Shown here in pieces: positions 13,601 to 27,600 of a stretch of DNA of 64,000 nt. A program made the translations under genes and the position numbers. Origin of the DNA: Octopus vulgaris. Its lineage: Eukaryota. Numbering within the stretch: the first letter of the stretch is position 1; the number at the start of each line of letters is the position of its first letter. Below the pieces are notes generated by a model. It was given only the letters and a program-made list of their open reading frames with translations, was not told the origin of the DNA and ran no database searches. The stretch lies in assembly GCA_951406725.2 (NCBI GenBank), contig OX597818.1:105462001-105526000 (forward strand), given 5' to 3'.

Positions 13601-16164
13601 ATACTTGATGGTTGAATATAATGCACACACAGATTTCCCAGAAAATAACTGAACTGCCCAAAAATCTATTGAAGTGAAATTGTCCTGTTAATTTCCTCCA
13701 TTATGTTTTTAACATTTTTGAAACATTTTCTGATATCAACTTTTGTTTTTGTTGATGATTGCTGATGAACACAAAATGATTAAGGTGCCTGTTATATCTT
13801 TGTAATAATCTCTGCATTTGTGCACACATTCATACAAACAAACATAAAACACATTTACTCTTCCATGCTTGAATGGGTCGAACAGGATTTATTAAGACAG
13901 ATATTTCTACAGCCCAGTGTTCTTCCATATATATGAACTTGTTTAAGAATTGGAATTTCAAAGAACAAGAGCAACTTTGTACGTTGTCTGCAAAGACCTC
14001 ATCAACTGAAACAAACAACTAATTCTAAGAATTACAGTCACAACTTATAGTTTCAAAATAAAAAATACATTTACAAGTGACCACTGCCAGTAGTTTTTAG
14101 GATGTGTTCCATTGCAAAAGATTCTGATCCATCAAAAAACAACAACAAAAAAAAGCAATAATTTTAGTCAAAATAAGAGCAATTAATTAAATTTATAGAC
14201 ATTCTTTCATTGCATAACAAAAAATAAGAAAAGAAAAAAAACTGTGCTCAATATCATTAGTCCTGAGGACAGCTACAGCAAATATTATGTAGTAAGTCAT
14301 AATACAGTTTTGGAAGTATAAAAAAGTGAAAATGGTAGGAAGTTATAAACAGATATATAACATATAAATTAATTAAAGACTAGTGAAGATAAGAAAAGTT
14401 TTTATGAACAATCACAATAATTAACCTGGTCAGTTTGTGACCAAAGGAAAATAGAAAGGGTTTACATAAAAATGCTCAGCAATTACCACAAAATAACACA
14501 ATCTTAATACAAGTATAGAAAACAGGCATGCGGTAGGCAAACTTGTTACCAATGTATCGCCTACAAGCTGAAAAATTACATCTTTCTTTTTTAGAAACTG
14601 ATGGTAGACTATACCAGAGTAAGAAGCTCAACAGGTTAAATTAGGGAAAAATGGTTACAAAAAAAAAAAGTTAAAATGATGAAAGAAAATCTTGTTTTCT
14701 TGAGTTGGCAGCAAATTTACATAATTTTACTAGAATGTAACTCATTTTGCACCAGTTACTAGACTAAATTATTTCAATAGTCTTTAATTTTCACTTTAGG
14801 GAGATCTACTCCAGACAATAGGAACCCAATATCACCTAATCTCAATAAGCCTATAATTTGCTAATTACCAACCACTTTTCTACACATCTAACATATCACA
14901 AGTGACTAATACAGGCATAAACAATCTTTCTGTCTTCTAAGTGACCACCAGTAGTTTTCATAGAACCAGATATACTCTAGACTTGCTCATCAGGTCAAAG
15001 GTTTCTTGAGTGACTGCTCTGTCATAGCATACATCAGTAAAGCTTTCTTTGCCCTACACAATTAACTTTGTTATGCCTCCTACACTGTTCATTCTAAACA
15101 TTAATGGCCTCTTGTTGTCACTTCTAACAACTGCAGCCCTAAACATTCACACCTTGATACTCAGTACACAGACATCATCCTCATATAATCAAAATACCTC
15201 ATAAACCAGTTTCTGCTAGACATGCAATGCTCATAAATGGAAATCTCAAAAAAATATTTTCCAATGAAACATAACCTAGTTTCACCCAACAGCATCAAAA
15301 TACAATCCCTCATCAAATGAACAATCTTGCAACAATACACAAACAACAAACAGTTAATGGTCTTGATCCTGATCCACATGTGAAGACCCAAAATTCTGTA
15401 ATGAATTTTCATGGTGATCACAAATTTACAATATTGTTAAAACATCCCAAAGAATAGGCCTCTTTTTTTAGGGCCAGAAAATACTTCTCCCTTATCAAAT
15501 CTTTGTCCTCTACAAAGTTCTCAAATGGAACACAGTAACTGCACATAACAGCCCTATGGAACTAGTTCCTTCCCACGGGTATCAATACCTAGAAATCCAA
15601 GTTGAACATCAATTGCATCAGCCTAACTGAGAGAAGCTACAAGCCAGAGATATTTCCAACACCACCTCTTTTGACTGTAGGAAAAAAAAAAAAAGGAGCT
15701 AAAATTGTGAACTACACATGCCTTTCGCGCTCTTGCAAACTTACTCACTAGTCTCTCTCTTATATTCATCTTAAAGTTACACCCTCACCATCTCTCTTTT
15801 CCTCTTTCCAACTGCAGAAGTCATGTATTCACTGCTTCAGGAAGACACCTGTACCTGTCCCTCTATCATACTTTCACCTTCTTCAATATTATGGACCCAC
15901 TCAGTTGAGGGGTCTTGTCTTGCAAGTTACTTGGTGACCTTACACAAATACTTGTGCCACAAGGAAAAACATCAAGTAAATTCTGTAAAGTAGTTGATGC
16001 TGGGAGCCAAACTAAAGCAGACATTGAGCTTGGTACAGTCCTCTGACTCATCAGTTCCTGTCAAACCGACAACCCATGACAGCATAGAAAATGTGCAATA
16101 AACAATGATGATGATGATGATTAACAAGTCTACAGACTATTAAACTACTTGTGTCTACTCTTCA

Positions 16165-17505
16165 GGTACCTGAAGAGTGGACCAAAGGAGTCATTATTAA
16201 ACTACCAAAGAAAAGAGATTTGAGCAACTGCCAAAAGTGGAGGGGAATAACACTATTGTCAATACCAGGTAAAGTGCTCTGCTCAGTGTTGCTGTTTCAG
16301 TTGAAGTTTGCATTAGATGAAAAACTGAAAGAACAAGCTAGATTTCAACCCAGCAGATTGTGCTGCAAGCAAATACACTGCACAACACTATAGAACAATG
16401 TATGGAACACCAAAGACCACTAATAATAAACTTCATTGACTTCAAAAAGGCATTTGACAGTGTGCAAAGAGAAACCTTTTGCAAGGTTGCAAAAGTGTAT
16501 GGAATACTAGAAAATTACATCAGTCTGATTAGCAGTTTCTACAACTCAATCTGCTGCATTAAAACAGTAGCTATACTGGTTTTAAGATCATCACTGGAGT
16601 AAGACAAGGTTGTCTCCGACCACCAATGTTGCTTTTGATGGTCAATGATTTTGTTATGTGGAGATCAATGGTGGGACTGGCTGTAAGCATACCATGGACA
16701 GCAAGGGATAGGTAACAGACTTGGATCTTGCCAATGACATAGCCCTGTTGGCCAAGAATCGCCCAACATTACAAGAAATGACAACAAAAATGGAAAGGGA
16801 AGTGACAAAGACTGGGTTGAGAATCAGTGGTCAAACAACGGATGTAATTCTAGTTGAGAAACAAGTAGAAAGTGTACCAGTGAAAGTGGACAAGAATCAG
16901 TTGAAGTTACAAGCTTCACATATCTGAGAAGCATAGTGACATGCAATGGTAATGCAGACATATGTAAGCAGCAGAATTGGCAAGTCAGCGATAGTATTTA
17001 GAGGACTGACACTTCAGCGTAGCAATGACGTAAGCATAGAGCTGAAGATTCGTCTGTACAAAACAACAATACTGCCAATAACAATCTATACAGCTGAAAC
17101 CAGGAAAACAACAGCAAAAACTGATTGCCAACTCGACGTTTATCATCAGTGGTGCTACAGAAAGAACCTAAGAATCACTTATTGAGGCAGAGTGACAAAT
17201 GAAGCCATTCTCCAAGCAGCATGAGTAAGGCCCTTGCATGCAATCGTAACCAAATGACAAATGAAAATGGTTAGATACATACTAAGACTGCCAGAGGAGA
17301 GGCTTGCAAAAACAGCCATGGGCTGAATGCCACTGGAAGGTAAGAGAAAAAGAGGTTGGCCAAGGAAGACAAGGTGTAGTACCTTCAAAGAAGACCTACA
17401 CAGACTGAACATCACTTGGGAAGAAGCATGATAGTTGGCCAGAGACAGAGATAATTAGCGATCACTGACTGCCCAATGTGCTGCTCAAAGGCACCAACAG
17501 ACCTA
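16165..17505 (+). mobile_element. Decayed RTE-clade LINE reverse transcriptase (second family)
   Basis: PEEWTKGVIIKLPKKRDLSNCQKWRGITLLSIPGKV, INFIDFKKAFDSV, GVRQGC, DLANDIALL, LKIRLYKTTILP..YTAET; many frameshifts. Confidence 0.88.
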
Positions 17506-19344
17506 AAAAGAAGACAAACTACTAGTGAGTTACAACTTATTAAATTAGCAATATAATTGGTATGCAAACATAATGTACATAGCTTAAATATCTACATAAA
17601 TTAAGCAACATTTATTTTTAAAATATATTTTTAAATAACTAAAAAATTTCTCTACTCTTCAAATGAACAACTTAAATTGTCCAAAAATCTAACCTAAACG
17701 TTTGATAGTCATTGACATTCACTGAAAATAAACTGTCAAACACTAGCAAGTTCAGTAATTATTTACAGCTATTTCAAAGCATGCTTATGATGTAGGAATG
17801 GTCCAAAAATTAAACTCCCTTATATATTTACAGGAAAAGTTATACTGTCTTCAAATTTAAGGTTATATTAACCTCAAAGTAGCACTAAATGCAGTTAAAA
17901 GAACGAATGAATTCATCCTAGTCATACAGAAAAATTTTCCAAGCTGCATAAAACATATCTTTTAGCAGGTTTTTTTTTTAGCAAAGTAAATTTCAGAAAA
18001 GATAAATAACACAAAATGCTACCAATAACAAATAGATGTTATAACCCACCCTGATATTTTTCTTTATAATTTTCCCCCTGAATACAATTCCATTAAAGCA
18101 TCCCCTACTCTGCTGAAAAACATTAAAAATAGTTATCTTAATATCTGATGTCTAGGAGTGTTCATATCACAAATAGAACTATATTTTAATAACTAAAATC
18201 TACAATGTTTCATATGAAAATAGAAACCCCAAAACCTGCAATGAGACAAAGATGTAGAAAAAGGGTATCAAAACTGAATTAGTTAACAATGTGCATGAAC
18301 ATTAGAGCAGTTATTTTAACATATCATTAACCTATGTCACCATGTTAATAGCCTTCTTTAAAACTGGTTGAGAATCAGTGGTCAATTAAAAATTTAAACT
18401 TCATAATTAGTAAAAGCATGTCCCCTTATCAAAACTAATATCTCATTAATATTAGTATTTCAATACAATCCAGATGAAAATAAAAAATAATTTAACTTCT
18501 TTTGTTATTTTAAAATTAGTGAAGTATCTCATTCAGTAAAAGAAGCAGGTTCTGGATTAAAAAAAAAAAAACTTGCAAATAGTATTCCAAAGGTACCACA
18601 ATGTAACTCAGTTAAAGATAGCTACCACTCCCACTTTGTACATGGATGCTATTTATAAAATAGCAAAATATTAAATCAAAACATTCAAATGTTTTAATTC
18701 ATGAGGGGGGTAAAAAAAAAAACAGCCAACCTACTTATTTACTCATGAAAACACAAACACTTGTCTGATCTCAAAATAACTTAAGATGGAAATATACTGA
18801 TAGATATTGTTGCCTATATGTGTGTGTGCGTGCATGTGAAAACTCATTATCAGGCAAAATATTAAACATGCAATGATTAATAACTAGCTGCAATGACCAG
18901 TTTTAGTTATTGGGGCTGACCACTGAAAACAAATTATCTCATATATCAAATCATTACTTTAAGGAATTAGTGTTGTAATAAATTTACAAGACAAAACACT
19001 GCCTGACAGGGCACTAAAGTTACAGGTTAATTCTTAAAATGAATACATCAATTTTTAAGGGAGGGAAGACATGTAAACTATTCAAAGTATTTTCTGATGG
19101 AGAACTAATCTATGCTAGAAGTTTGACAACCAATTTTATAGTTAAAGAATTGAAAACATACCAAGTTTTAATATTACATCAAGTTGCTCCTGGAGAGTAA
19201 GTGTCGATACTGTGTAACTATCTTATGTGCTATAAAACACTGATGCACATAAATGCAGATTTCAATAAAGTAGGGTATACACTAAAACTATTAAAAATTA
19301 AAAGTAAATATGTGCAAATGTGTACAATATTTATGGAAGAACAG

Positions 19345-19830
19345 ATATGGCTATGTGGTAAAAAAGTTCACATCTCAACTATGTGGCTTTGAGTTCAGAC
19401 CCCCAGCACAGCAATTTGGGCAAAAGTCTTCTGCTCTACCATGGGCCTTGTGAAAGAATTTGGTAGATGAAAGCCTGAAAGAAGCCTATTGTGTATATAT
19501 GTTTATTTGTTATCATCATCATCATTTAGCAGCCATATTCCATTCTGACATGGGCTGATGTGTGTTTGTGAATGTTTACCATCTACTTTGAGATGAAGTT
19601 GTAAGTCATCATTTGGGGATGGACTGTAACTGATGTTCATTGAGATATTCTACCAAAAAACTGTTCACTAGCTGTGCATTTTTTAATTCTTCTGGAATAA
19701 AAAACATCCCTTAGTTGAAAAACAGGAAAGGATTGGTAACAGGAAGAGTATCTGGTTATAAAAATCTTGTCCGAACTACCTCTCCTGTCTAAGCCATACT
19801 AGCATGAAAAAACAGCCAAAATGAAACAAA
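19345..19830 (+). mobile_element. Old SINE / LINE-tail composite fragments
   Basis: atggctatgtggtaaaaag...gagttcagaccc...ttggggcaaa.gtcttctgct...ttggtagatgaaa.ctgaaagaagcc. Similar decayed copies at 20545-20895, 29650-29995, 53570-53790, 54180-54500, 58320-58730 and 62280-62660. Confidence 0.6.
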
Positions 19831-22800
19831 CATGTGTACACAGATAGTTCTCTGAATAATGTCATATCTTTATTGAAACTATACTTACTTGAAAAAGTTC
19901 TCACAAGATTTTGTGAATAGAAAAAATAAATAAAATAAAATCTATGAAGACAATCTATTATAGAGTTAGAAAGACAATTTGTTAAAATACATATTTTCTT
20001 AGACATATTTATTTGAAATACATTTTAACTCTTATGCATTTGATCTGGCCATATCTGGCCCCAATACTCTACCTGTTTTATGTTCAAACTGGCCAAGTCA
20101 ACTTCACACCTACCCTATGTCATTCTAAAAATAAACAATCATATCATCAAATTCTTGAAGCTATGAGATAATGCATGATTAATACAAAACAATGTAAATA
20201 ACTAAGCATTACATCTGACAGAGTAATCTGAAAGTTAGTGTCAAACCCATAATATAGACAGTCTGATTATTAAATATATAACAATTTTCAGGCCCCACCT
20301 CCCTATAAATACTATAACATATATTTAATATAGTCTGATATGTGTGTGTAAGAATTTGTTTTCACTCTATTTATTTTTGTAACGAGAAAAACTATACTGC
20401 ATAACTTCCCTTCATTCTAACTAGTTAATTTTAACGATTACAAAATTCTTAAATGACTACAAAAATCTTAATATCTAAATTACTGGATATAAAAACACAC
20501 ACACACACACACACACAAAATATAAAAACTAAATTGGAAATGTCAGCATGGCTGTTTGGTTAAAAAATTGACTTTGCAATGTATTTCAAAATTTGCACAT
20601 GTTAGGCAAGTACCTTTTACTTTAACCACAGATTAATCAACATCTTGTGAGTGGAAATTGATTAACAGAAACTGTGCAAAAGCCTGAAAGCTTATGATGT
20701 GCGTGTGTGTGTGCACATTTTTCATTGATCAGTACATTCTGCAAAATGGTTGGTACTAGGAAGGATATCCAGCTGTGAAAACTGTGCCAAAGCAGACACT
20801 GGAACTTGGTGCAGTCCTCTGGTTTGTTGGCTCCTGTCAAAATGTACAACCTATGTCTGCATAAAAAACAGATGTTAAATTATGATGATGACAATGATCT
20901 AAAAATCAATATTGTTTTGTCCTTTCAGTCTTGTAACTTAACAGTTCAGCCAACAGAATTTGATAAAATAAGTACCAGATTTATTTTTACAGATAAATCC
21001 TTGAGTTCATGTATTAAAAAACTCTTAAAGTATGGCCACAATCCAATGACTGAAACCAATAATAGAATTATAGAGAATAAAACTTTGTATTCCTATCTAT
21101 AAAAGGAAGCTATTTTGCAATATGCCATCTTCAAATATAATAAAAAATAGAAGAAATCTGGTAGTGAATCATATCTTTAAATCTCTGTAGGTCTTCTGTT
21201 CCAGTTCTGAGTGACATATTTCTTCATACATGTCTCACTCCATCTGATTCTCAGAAAATAGTCGTGTGTAGAGAATGTGGATAGAAAGAAAGACGTGTCC
21301 TACTCAGTGAGACAGATTACAAAATTTCTGCTATCCAACATTTTTTTAAATCTAGAAGAAACAGTTGTAGTTCTTGATATTAAATAATTGCAAAATTGGG
21401 AAATAACTTGGAAGTATTTATTTTTTTTTTTAATGTATTTTCTTTGAGTTATAACTGGAAATGTGAAAACATGCACTTGTAATTCAAAAATGTTAAAACA
21501 ATTCTTGGATGTCTGAAAATAATATCACTACCTTTTCTGACACAATTTCCCCACCTAACCCCTTGCCATTCTCATCATCTGTTTGGATAGTAATTTACTG
21601 AAAATATTTATTCAGTATATTAAATATATATTTAAACAGCTGAAACAAAAAAAAGAATATTAGAGGCAAAATCAAGACAACAGGGTGGGAAGTAAAACCT
21701 CTAAAGAAGATTTATTAAAATAAACACCATGTTGCTAAAAAGCTTGTCTATTTTTAATGTCAAGGTCACTAAGATAACCTACTCACAGAAAATATGTCGA
21801 TAGCTATTTATGTAGCTCATGAATTTTTTAATGTTAGTTTTGCAATTTGCAATCAACTGCTCACAAAACATTTTGAAATTAAATGGCAATAAAAGGCAAC
21901 ACCAGTAACATACAAATAAACAAAAAAAAAATCCCCACAATAAATTAATTCTAACACACGCATGCACAAAACAATAAAAGTTTTAATTATTGGTAATTAC
22001 TAAATTGAGATCAAAAAGAAAATAAGTTGAGAAGACAGCTACAAAGTGGTAATGTCGTTTGTCAGGTTTTAGTTATATATTTGGCAATTATTTGAATGTT
22101 ATCAGCAGAAATATTAAATAGGTAAACAAAACAGGACAATATTAGAACAAAAATCCTATCAGATATCCTTTCTTTTTATGAAGGTTAAATACACTGAAAT
22201 GTCTAATCCTGCAGGCCACAGTCAAGTCATGGTTTGTTATTTAAGAAAAAATTCTGTCAAAATGATTTCTTGTCATTGAATACCGTTACCAACATTTATG
22301 TTATCTTTTTCTACATAAGTGTTTAATGGCATTTCTCCAGGTTTCTTGATTCTGTATCATCAGAAATTCCAAATCACTATTCTATAGGAATTATATTAAC
22401 AAGTCTCTCTGATCAACTTTAAATACTTTACCTTTTCATCTAGTATATTTGTGTTGTTCATATTAGCATGTTGATACACTCTGCACACATGAGCCAATAT
22501 TTGCAATATACAAATTCTTCAACCAATCTTTAAAATTATACAATAAAGTACCATACTCAATCATTGCGGTTTCTTTGCATTCTCTACCATCTTCCAAACT
22601 AATTATATAACACACCTGATATAGTGCATCTCAGATTTTAGAAAAAAATTTCAAACTACAATCTCCTTCATATGCTAAGCACTCTGTTATCCCAATTTCA
22701 AATTTATTGAATTAATTAGGTTAGGAATTCATACGTACTGGCACTATTAATTACTGGTACCATGTTATAACTATTCATCACTTACTCTCTTTGTTACCAA

Positions 22801-24020
22801 ACATAGCTGTTATCACTGCAGCTATGTTTGTCAGCAAGAAAACTATATGTCTCTCTTCCACTTTACACCTTGCCTTTAGACGCCTTCATTATTCTTTCCA
22901 GTACTGCCTCTTCCATAACTTCCTCTTCTATCATCTTGTCACCACAATCACTTGCTTCTCTACCTTCTTCTATTCACCCTCCTAACCACAATATATTGAA
23001 TGAAAAAAGAAAAAATATAGTAGTGAGGACAACCTCACTATTAGTGGTGCAACAATAAAATGCACCCAAAACCTTTAAAATAGTTGATGTTAGAAAGAGC
23101 AACCATACCAAAAATGGGATGTCTGAGTGAAATGTGGTCCTTTGACCTGTCTAAGCAGGCAGTAACTCTGGAGTAGAATTGACTAAAACTATGATGACTC
23201 ATCCAATCCATACTGAAATCATTATGATTAACTAGGTGCATCTAAAGTTTTGGTTCCTATATATTACTGATCCTCTATTTTCTCTTCTTGTAGCCAAAAG
23301 AATACATTTTCTGTTGTAATTTGTGATATGTACTATTGAAAAGCAACTTCATTTTCACCATATTTACTTCAAGGTCCTTACATCCAGCTTATTCCACAAT
23401 GGCTCTTGCAAATTTAGCAATAGAAACCAATCAAAACAAAAGCAAGTTACATAATATCTTGATATAAAACTATCTGTATAATTCCTCACATAGCTCACAG
23501 CCTTACTTTTAGCACACACCTACACACTAAGTGTGGAATCTAAACCGTTTTTTTTTTCCTTCACCAGATTGTAGTATATTAGATGCTTTCACAATGTAAA
23601 CAACAAACACAAACTAAAGTTACATGTTTGCTTTCATTCAAGAAGTTATCTAAAATCCTGAGAAATAAAACATTTGCATTTCATAGTCCTGGCAAAGGCT
23701 CTGATTGCATCATATTCAATCCAACTACCTAGAAACCCAAGGTTAAAATTCACATGGATCTTCCTTAACTCTTAATCCATTATCTTCAGAAGCGTTTAAC
23801 TTCCACTTTTTAGCATGTCATGAAAAAATATTTTCCTGCTTCATCTACTTATTAAGTGGCTATCTTAGCAACCATCCCTGACAACTTCATTTCACTGTAT
23901 GTGAAAATGAGTGAGAACTTTACAGCATTAATTAAAGAGAGATTTTGTGATGATTAAAGATAAAATGTTAATAGTAAATAAAACAAAATCCCAGTACTAC
24001 ATAGTCAACAGTTAAATAAT

Positions 24021-24075
<55 letters not shown>

Positions 24076-25872
24076 CATACACACACACACACACATTGAT
24101 ACTTCCTTACATTCATGTTATCTTCCAATATTGTGTAATGTAGGCAAAAGGGATAAAGAGGCAAATCTTCATTGAAGATTATTGTATTCAGAATAGATGA
24201 TAGTTACAAATTTTAACAACCTGTAATTACAGAAAATAATCACAATAAACTGAAACCACATACAAATTTATTGGACTTTTTGAGTTGTAATAACAACAGT
24301 ATTCCATACTTTCTAACTCAAAAAAGCCCTCTCATAGTTTTTAACTTGGTAGAGATAAATCAAGAATATAGCCCAGAACTACAAAAATAACTAAGTAATA
24401 ACAGGAACAGATACATATGTGAAAAAAAAAAAAATCAATTTTGAATATTACATGAACTTGATAATGTGAATCCTTTGATGCATTCTAAATGCCAAAATAT
24501 TTTTTAAAAATCTACTTAAAGATTAATTTTTTAGCTTAAAATGAGGAAACTAAAATTTGTTAATTTGCATGATAGTTATTTATTAGTTTAATACTATGTT
24601 TTTTTTATATTTTGTCTCCTTTAAAAAAAGCTATTGAAATTCGAAGGTGTAATACTCAATATGAATCTATGTAATACACGAACTCTAATGCACAAGATAA
24701 ACTCAAAAATAAACATGAAACGAAACAATTGTATATAAGTATATCCTTCTCACTTTAATAATATAAAATTTTAAATTTAACACTGACATATACTATAATT
24801 CCATAACTATTCTAAAAAATTTTCACTTACAAGCTTTGAACATTTCATACCTCTCAGATGCTTATCATAAATGGCAAACTAGTTTTAAATGAATAAAAAT
24901 GAATTCTAGAAAATTCATTCATTTTATAAATCTAGTATAAAAGTTATCAAAAATATTTATGGTGAGACAATTTTCTTACTAAATACAGGATGTTAATTTT
25001 CCCTATTGACGTTTTTTATTTTCTTTTAAGAAAAAAAAAACCATATCAGTAAAATTTTCTTTAGATGGGCAGTTCAAAAATATTTCTATTTTTTAAACAA
25101 ACTAAAAATACATAATCTGATTTATTTCAAACAAAAATGCAGGAAAAGGAACCTATTATTCAAACAAAGCTGGAATTAACCTATTAAAGTGCTTCTAAGT
25201 TTCTCAAAGTAATATTTTATTAAAAAATACTATTTAGGTTTTAATTTTCATTTAAAAGACAAATTGTTAGTAAATTCTATGTTTAATATAAAAAAAAAAC
25301 CTGAAAGCAAAGACGACTTGCCAACGATCTGGAAAATAATCTGAAAATAAGAACTACTCATGACAAGAAGTACAATGGAAACAATTTTGAGTTAGTTTTT
25401 TAAGAAAAGCAATGGTACTAAATTGGTGGCTGAAATCAAAACATTGACTAACAGAATCTATCAATGACTGCACTAGCACCAGAATATGAAAAATAAATTC
25501 TGTGCTACTTATATATATATATACATATATATAATTATTATTATTATTTAGGAAGTGGAGTTTAGAAGAGATAAATCTCATAAAAGAAACATTAGAAATG
25601 TTAAATACAAATACCCCAACTTTGGCCAAATAGTTATTAAATGAAAATTCATAAATTTCACTTGTAACTTAAAATACAAAATAAATATTTGACAATTTAT
25701 TCACAAATGTTTATATATAATATTTTGCCAAAATTTAAAAACAATTTTCCAATTCAAATAAAATGAAAATGAAATGAAATATTTGAATAAAATGAAATAG
25801 GTAAGAGACAAAATTACAACCAAGGTCCAGCAACAGGAAAGGAGCAAAAATTAAAAGAAATGTTTTCTTTAC

Positions 25873-26111
25873 CTTTCCCGCCGAGTCTCTTCATAAGTTC
25901 GTTTGCGAACATGACCAGCTGCATGAGCTGGATGCCCTGGCAAAGCAGCAACTGCTGGCGGGGTTGAAGTAGGGATAAGAGTTGCAGCAGGTGCACCAGC
26001 AAGTAGTGGCTGTCCAGGTGGAGGAGGTGGAGGCATGCCTGGAGCCATTGGAACAGCCATCATGTATGGTGGAGGCACCATCATAGGAACAAATCCTGGG
26101 TATTGATTCAT
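25873..26111 (-). CDS. HNRNPUL1: hnRNP U/hnRNPUL1-like protein, first coding exon (Pro/Ala-rich N-terminus ending RKRTYEETRRE)
   Basis: ORF MNQYPGFVPMMVPPPYMMAVPMAPGMPPPPPPG...RKRTYEETRRE. Acceptor ttcataaatag| opens the exon at 26123 and an in-frame TGA sits 2 codons before the ATG (ATA TCT TGA AAA ATG). Donor GAAAG|gtaaag at 25872 is phase 2 and matches the next exon. RKRTYEE resembles the KRPYEE motif upstream of SPRY in hnRNPUL1. The symbol is family-level; orthology is not established. Confidence 0.8.
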
Positions 26112-27214
26112 TTTTCAAGATATCTATTTATGAAGATAAATAAAGTAAAAAATTTGTCAGTTCAAAATAATGGTTCAATATATGAACAATTGCAGAGATA
26201 AATGACAATGTGTTTCCTAATTCAAATACATGTAATAAAAAAAGAATCAAGACAAACTTTTTAGGTTGCAATAATATTCTTTCTACTTTGCAGAGGATGG
26301 GTTAGTCAATACCACTGGTAAAAATACTTGACTAATCATTTTATTGACCACAAAAGAATGTTAGGAAAAGTTGACTTCAGCTGTAGTATTAAAGTAAGTT
26401 GACATATTTCTCATATCTTTAAGTTCATTTTTCCATGCAAGCATGAGTTAGATGAATATATTGAGGTAGCTAGATGCATTTCCTGTTGCTAACACAAAAG
26501 TATGATAGAAGGATAAACACAGCTGCCTTGTTATTGAGGAGATATACAACTGAAAGAGATAAAAAGAAGGTAGTGACAGGTACTAGAGCAAACTCGAAAC
26601 AAACAAAATGAGTATAAGAGAGGATATGGACAGCAGATAATGGGAGATAAGAATGGATGCTTTCATAAGACTGTGAGGTACAAGAAAACAGGTAGAGATA
26701 GAGGTCAATGTAGTGAACGATGGGGTGTAGATGATGAGTAAGGATGGAGATGCAGAGGATAGGAAATGCCAGTGTGTAGAGAGTAAGAAAGGAGATACAG
26801 AGGTACATAAGGTGCTATAACAAGTGGGGCATGACATTAGATATGAGAGGGTATTAAGAATGGTTGCAGATAAGTGTTCAGAATGGGGTATAGCAGAGGG
26901 AAGTGAGAGCAGTGGCTGAAGGGATAGCAAAGGGGTGATTGACAGAAATAGTGTAAGCCAGGATAAGGAATGCAATGAAAAATGGAAATGTTTCTGAGAG
27001 GAGAGAGTATGTAATATGTACCAATTCTGCCTGCTCTCAGGCAAGTACAGTAGTGCCATGGATGGAGAGGGGTGAAAATGAGGGGGGGGGTTGACATTTC
27101 AGAGAGAAAAGAGAGAGTAGATAGACAGGGCCCCACATGTGCAAGCATAATTGAGTGGTTTTAGGATCTTATTTTAGCTGTAATGTACAGGCCTTGAGGA
27201 CAGCAAAATACCAA

Positions 27215-27600
27215 TCATCTGTTCTTTGTCATCTCTGATGAAAATCTCAGCATCTTGAAATTAGCCATCAATACTTCGTCCCATCTCTTCCTCAGTTTCC
27301 TTCTTCCATGAGTTCCCTCCACTTTAAATGATTGGCACTTCTTTATGCAATTGTCCTCATCCACATTCATTATGTGACCTAACCAGTGCAGTCTTCTCTT
27401 TTGCTCACTACATCTGATTCTTTTTATGTCTAAATTTTCTCTCAGTTCATTTGCACTTTGTTGTTCGTGCACACTAACATCATTCCTCTCTAGTCTTTGC
27501 ATGTTATCTGCAGTCAGGGCCCATGACTCACTACCATATAACATTGTTGTATCATACAATGTCATTTACTAGGAAAGGACCTTTAATTGCCAACAGAGGC
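27215..27600 (-). mobile_element. RTE LINE C-terminal fragment
   Basis: TMLYGSESWALT...RRLHWLGHIM..VEG..GRRKLRKRW. Confidence 0.85.

Noticed and set aside
14880-15620. Possible coding remnant on the minus strand (similar stretches at 22250-23000, 34050-34800 and 43240-43600)
   Set aside because: Looks like heavily decayed TE sequence; no motif could be read with confidence.
21180-21351. Exon-like segment on the minus strand after acceptor tttcttctag
   Set aside because: No convincing donor and no homology to hnRNPU; an alternative terminal exon cannot be supported without RNA data.
26470-27148. Overlapping 100-158 aa ORFs on the minus strand
   Set aside because: Purine/pyrimidine-skewed low-complexity repeat giving L/S/P/H-rich translations; no domain or splice support.
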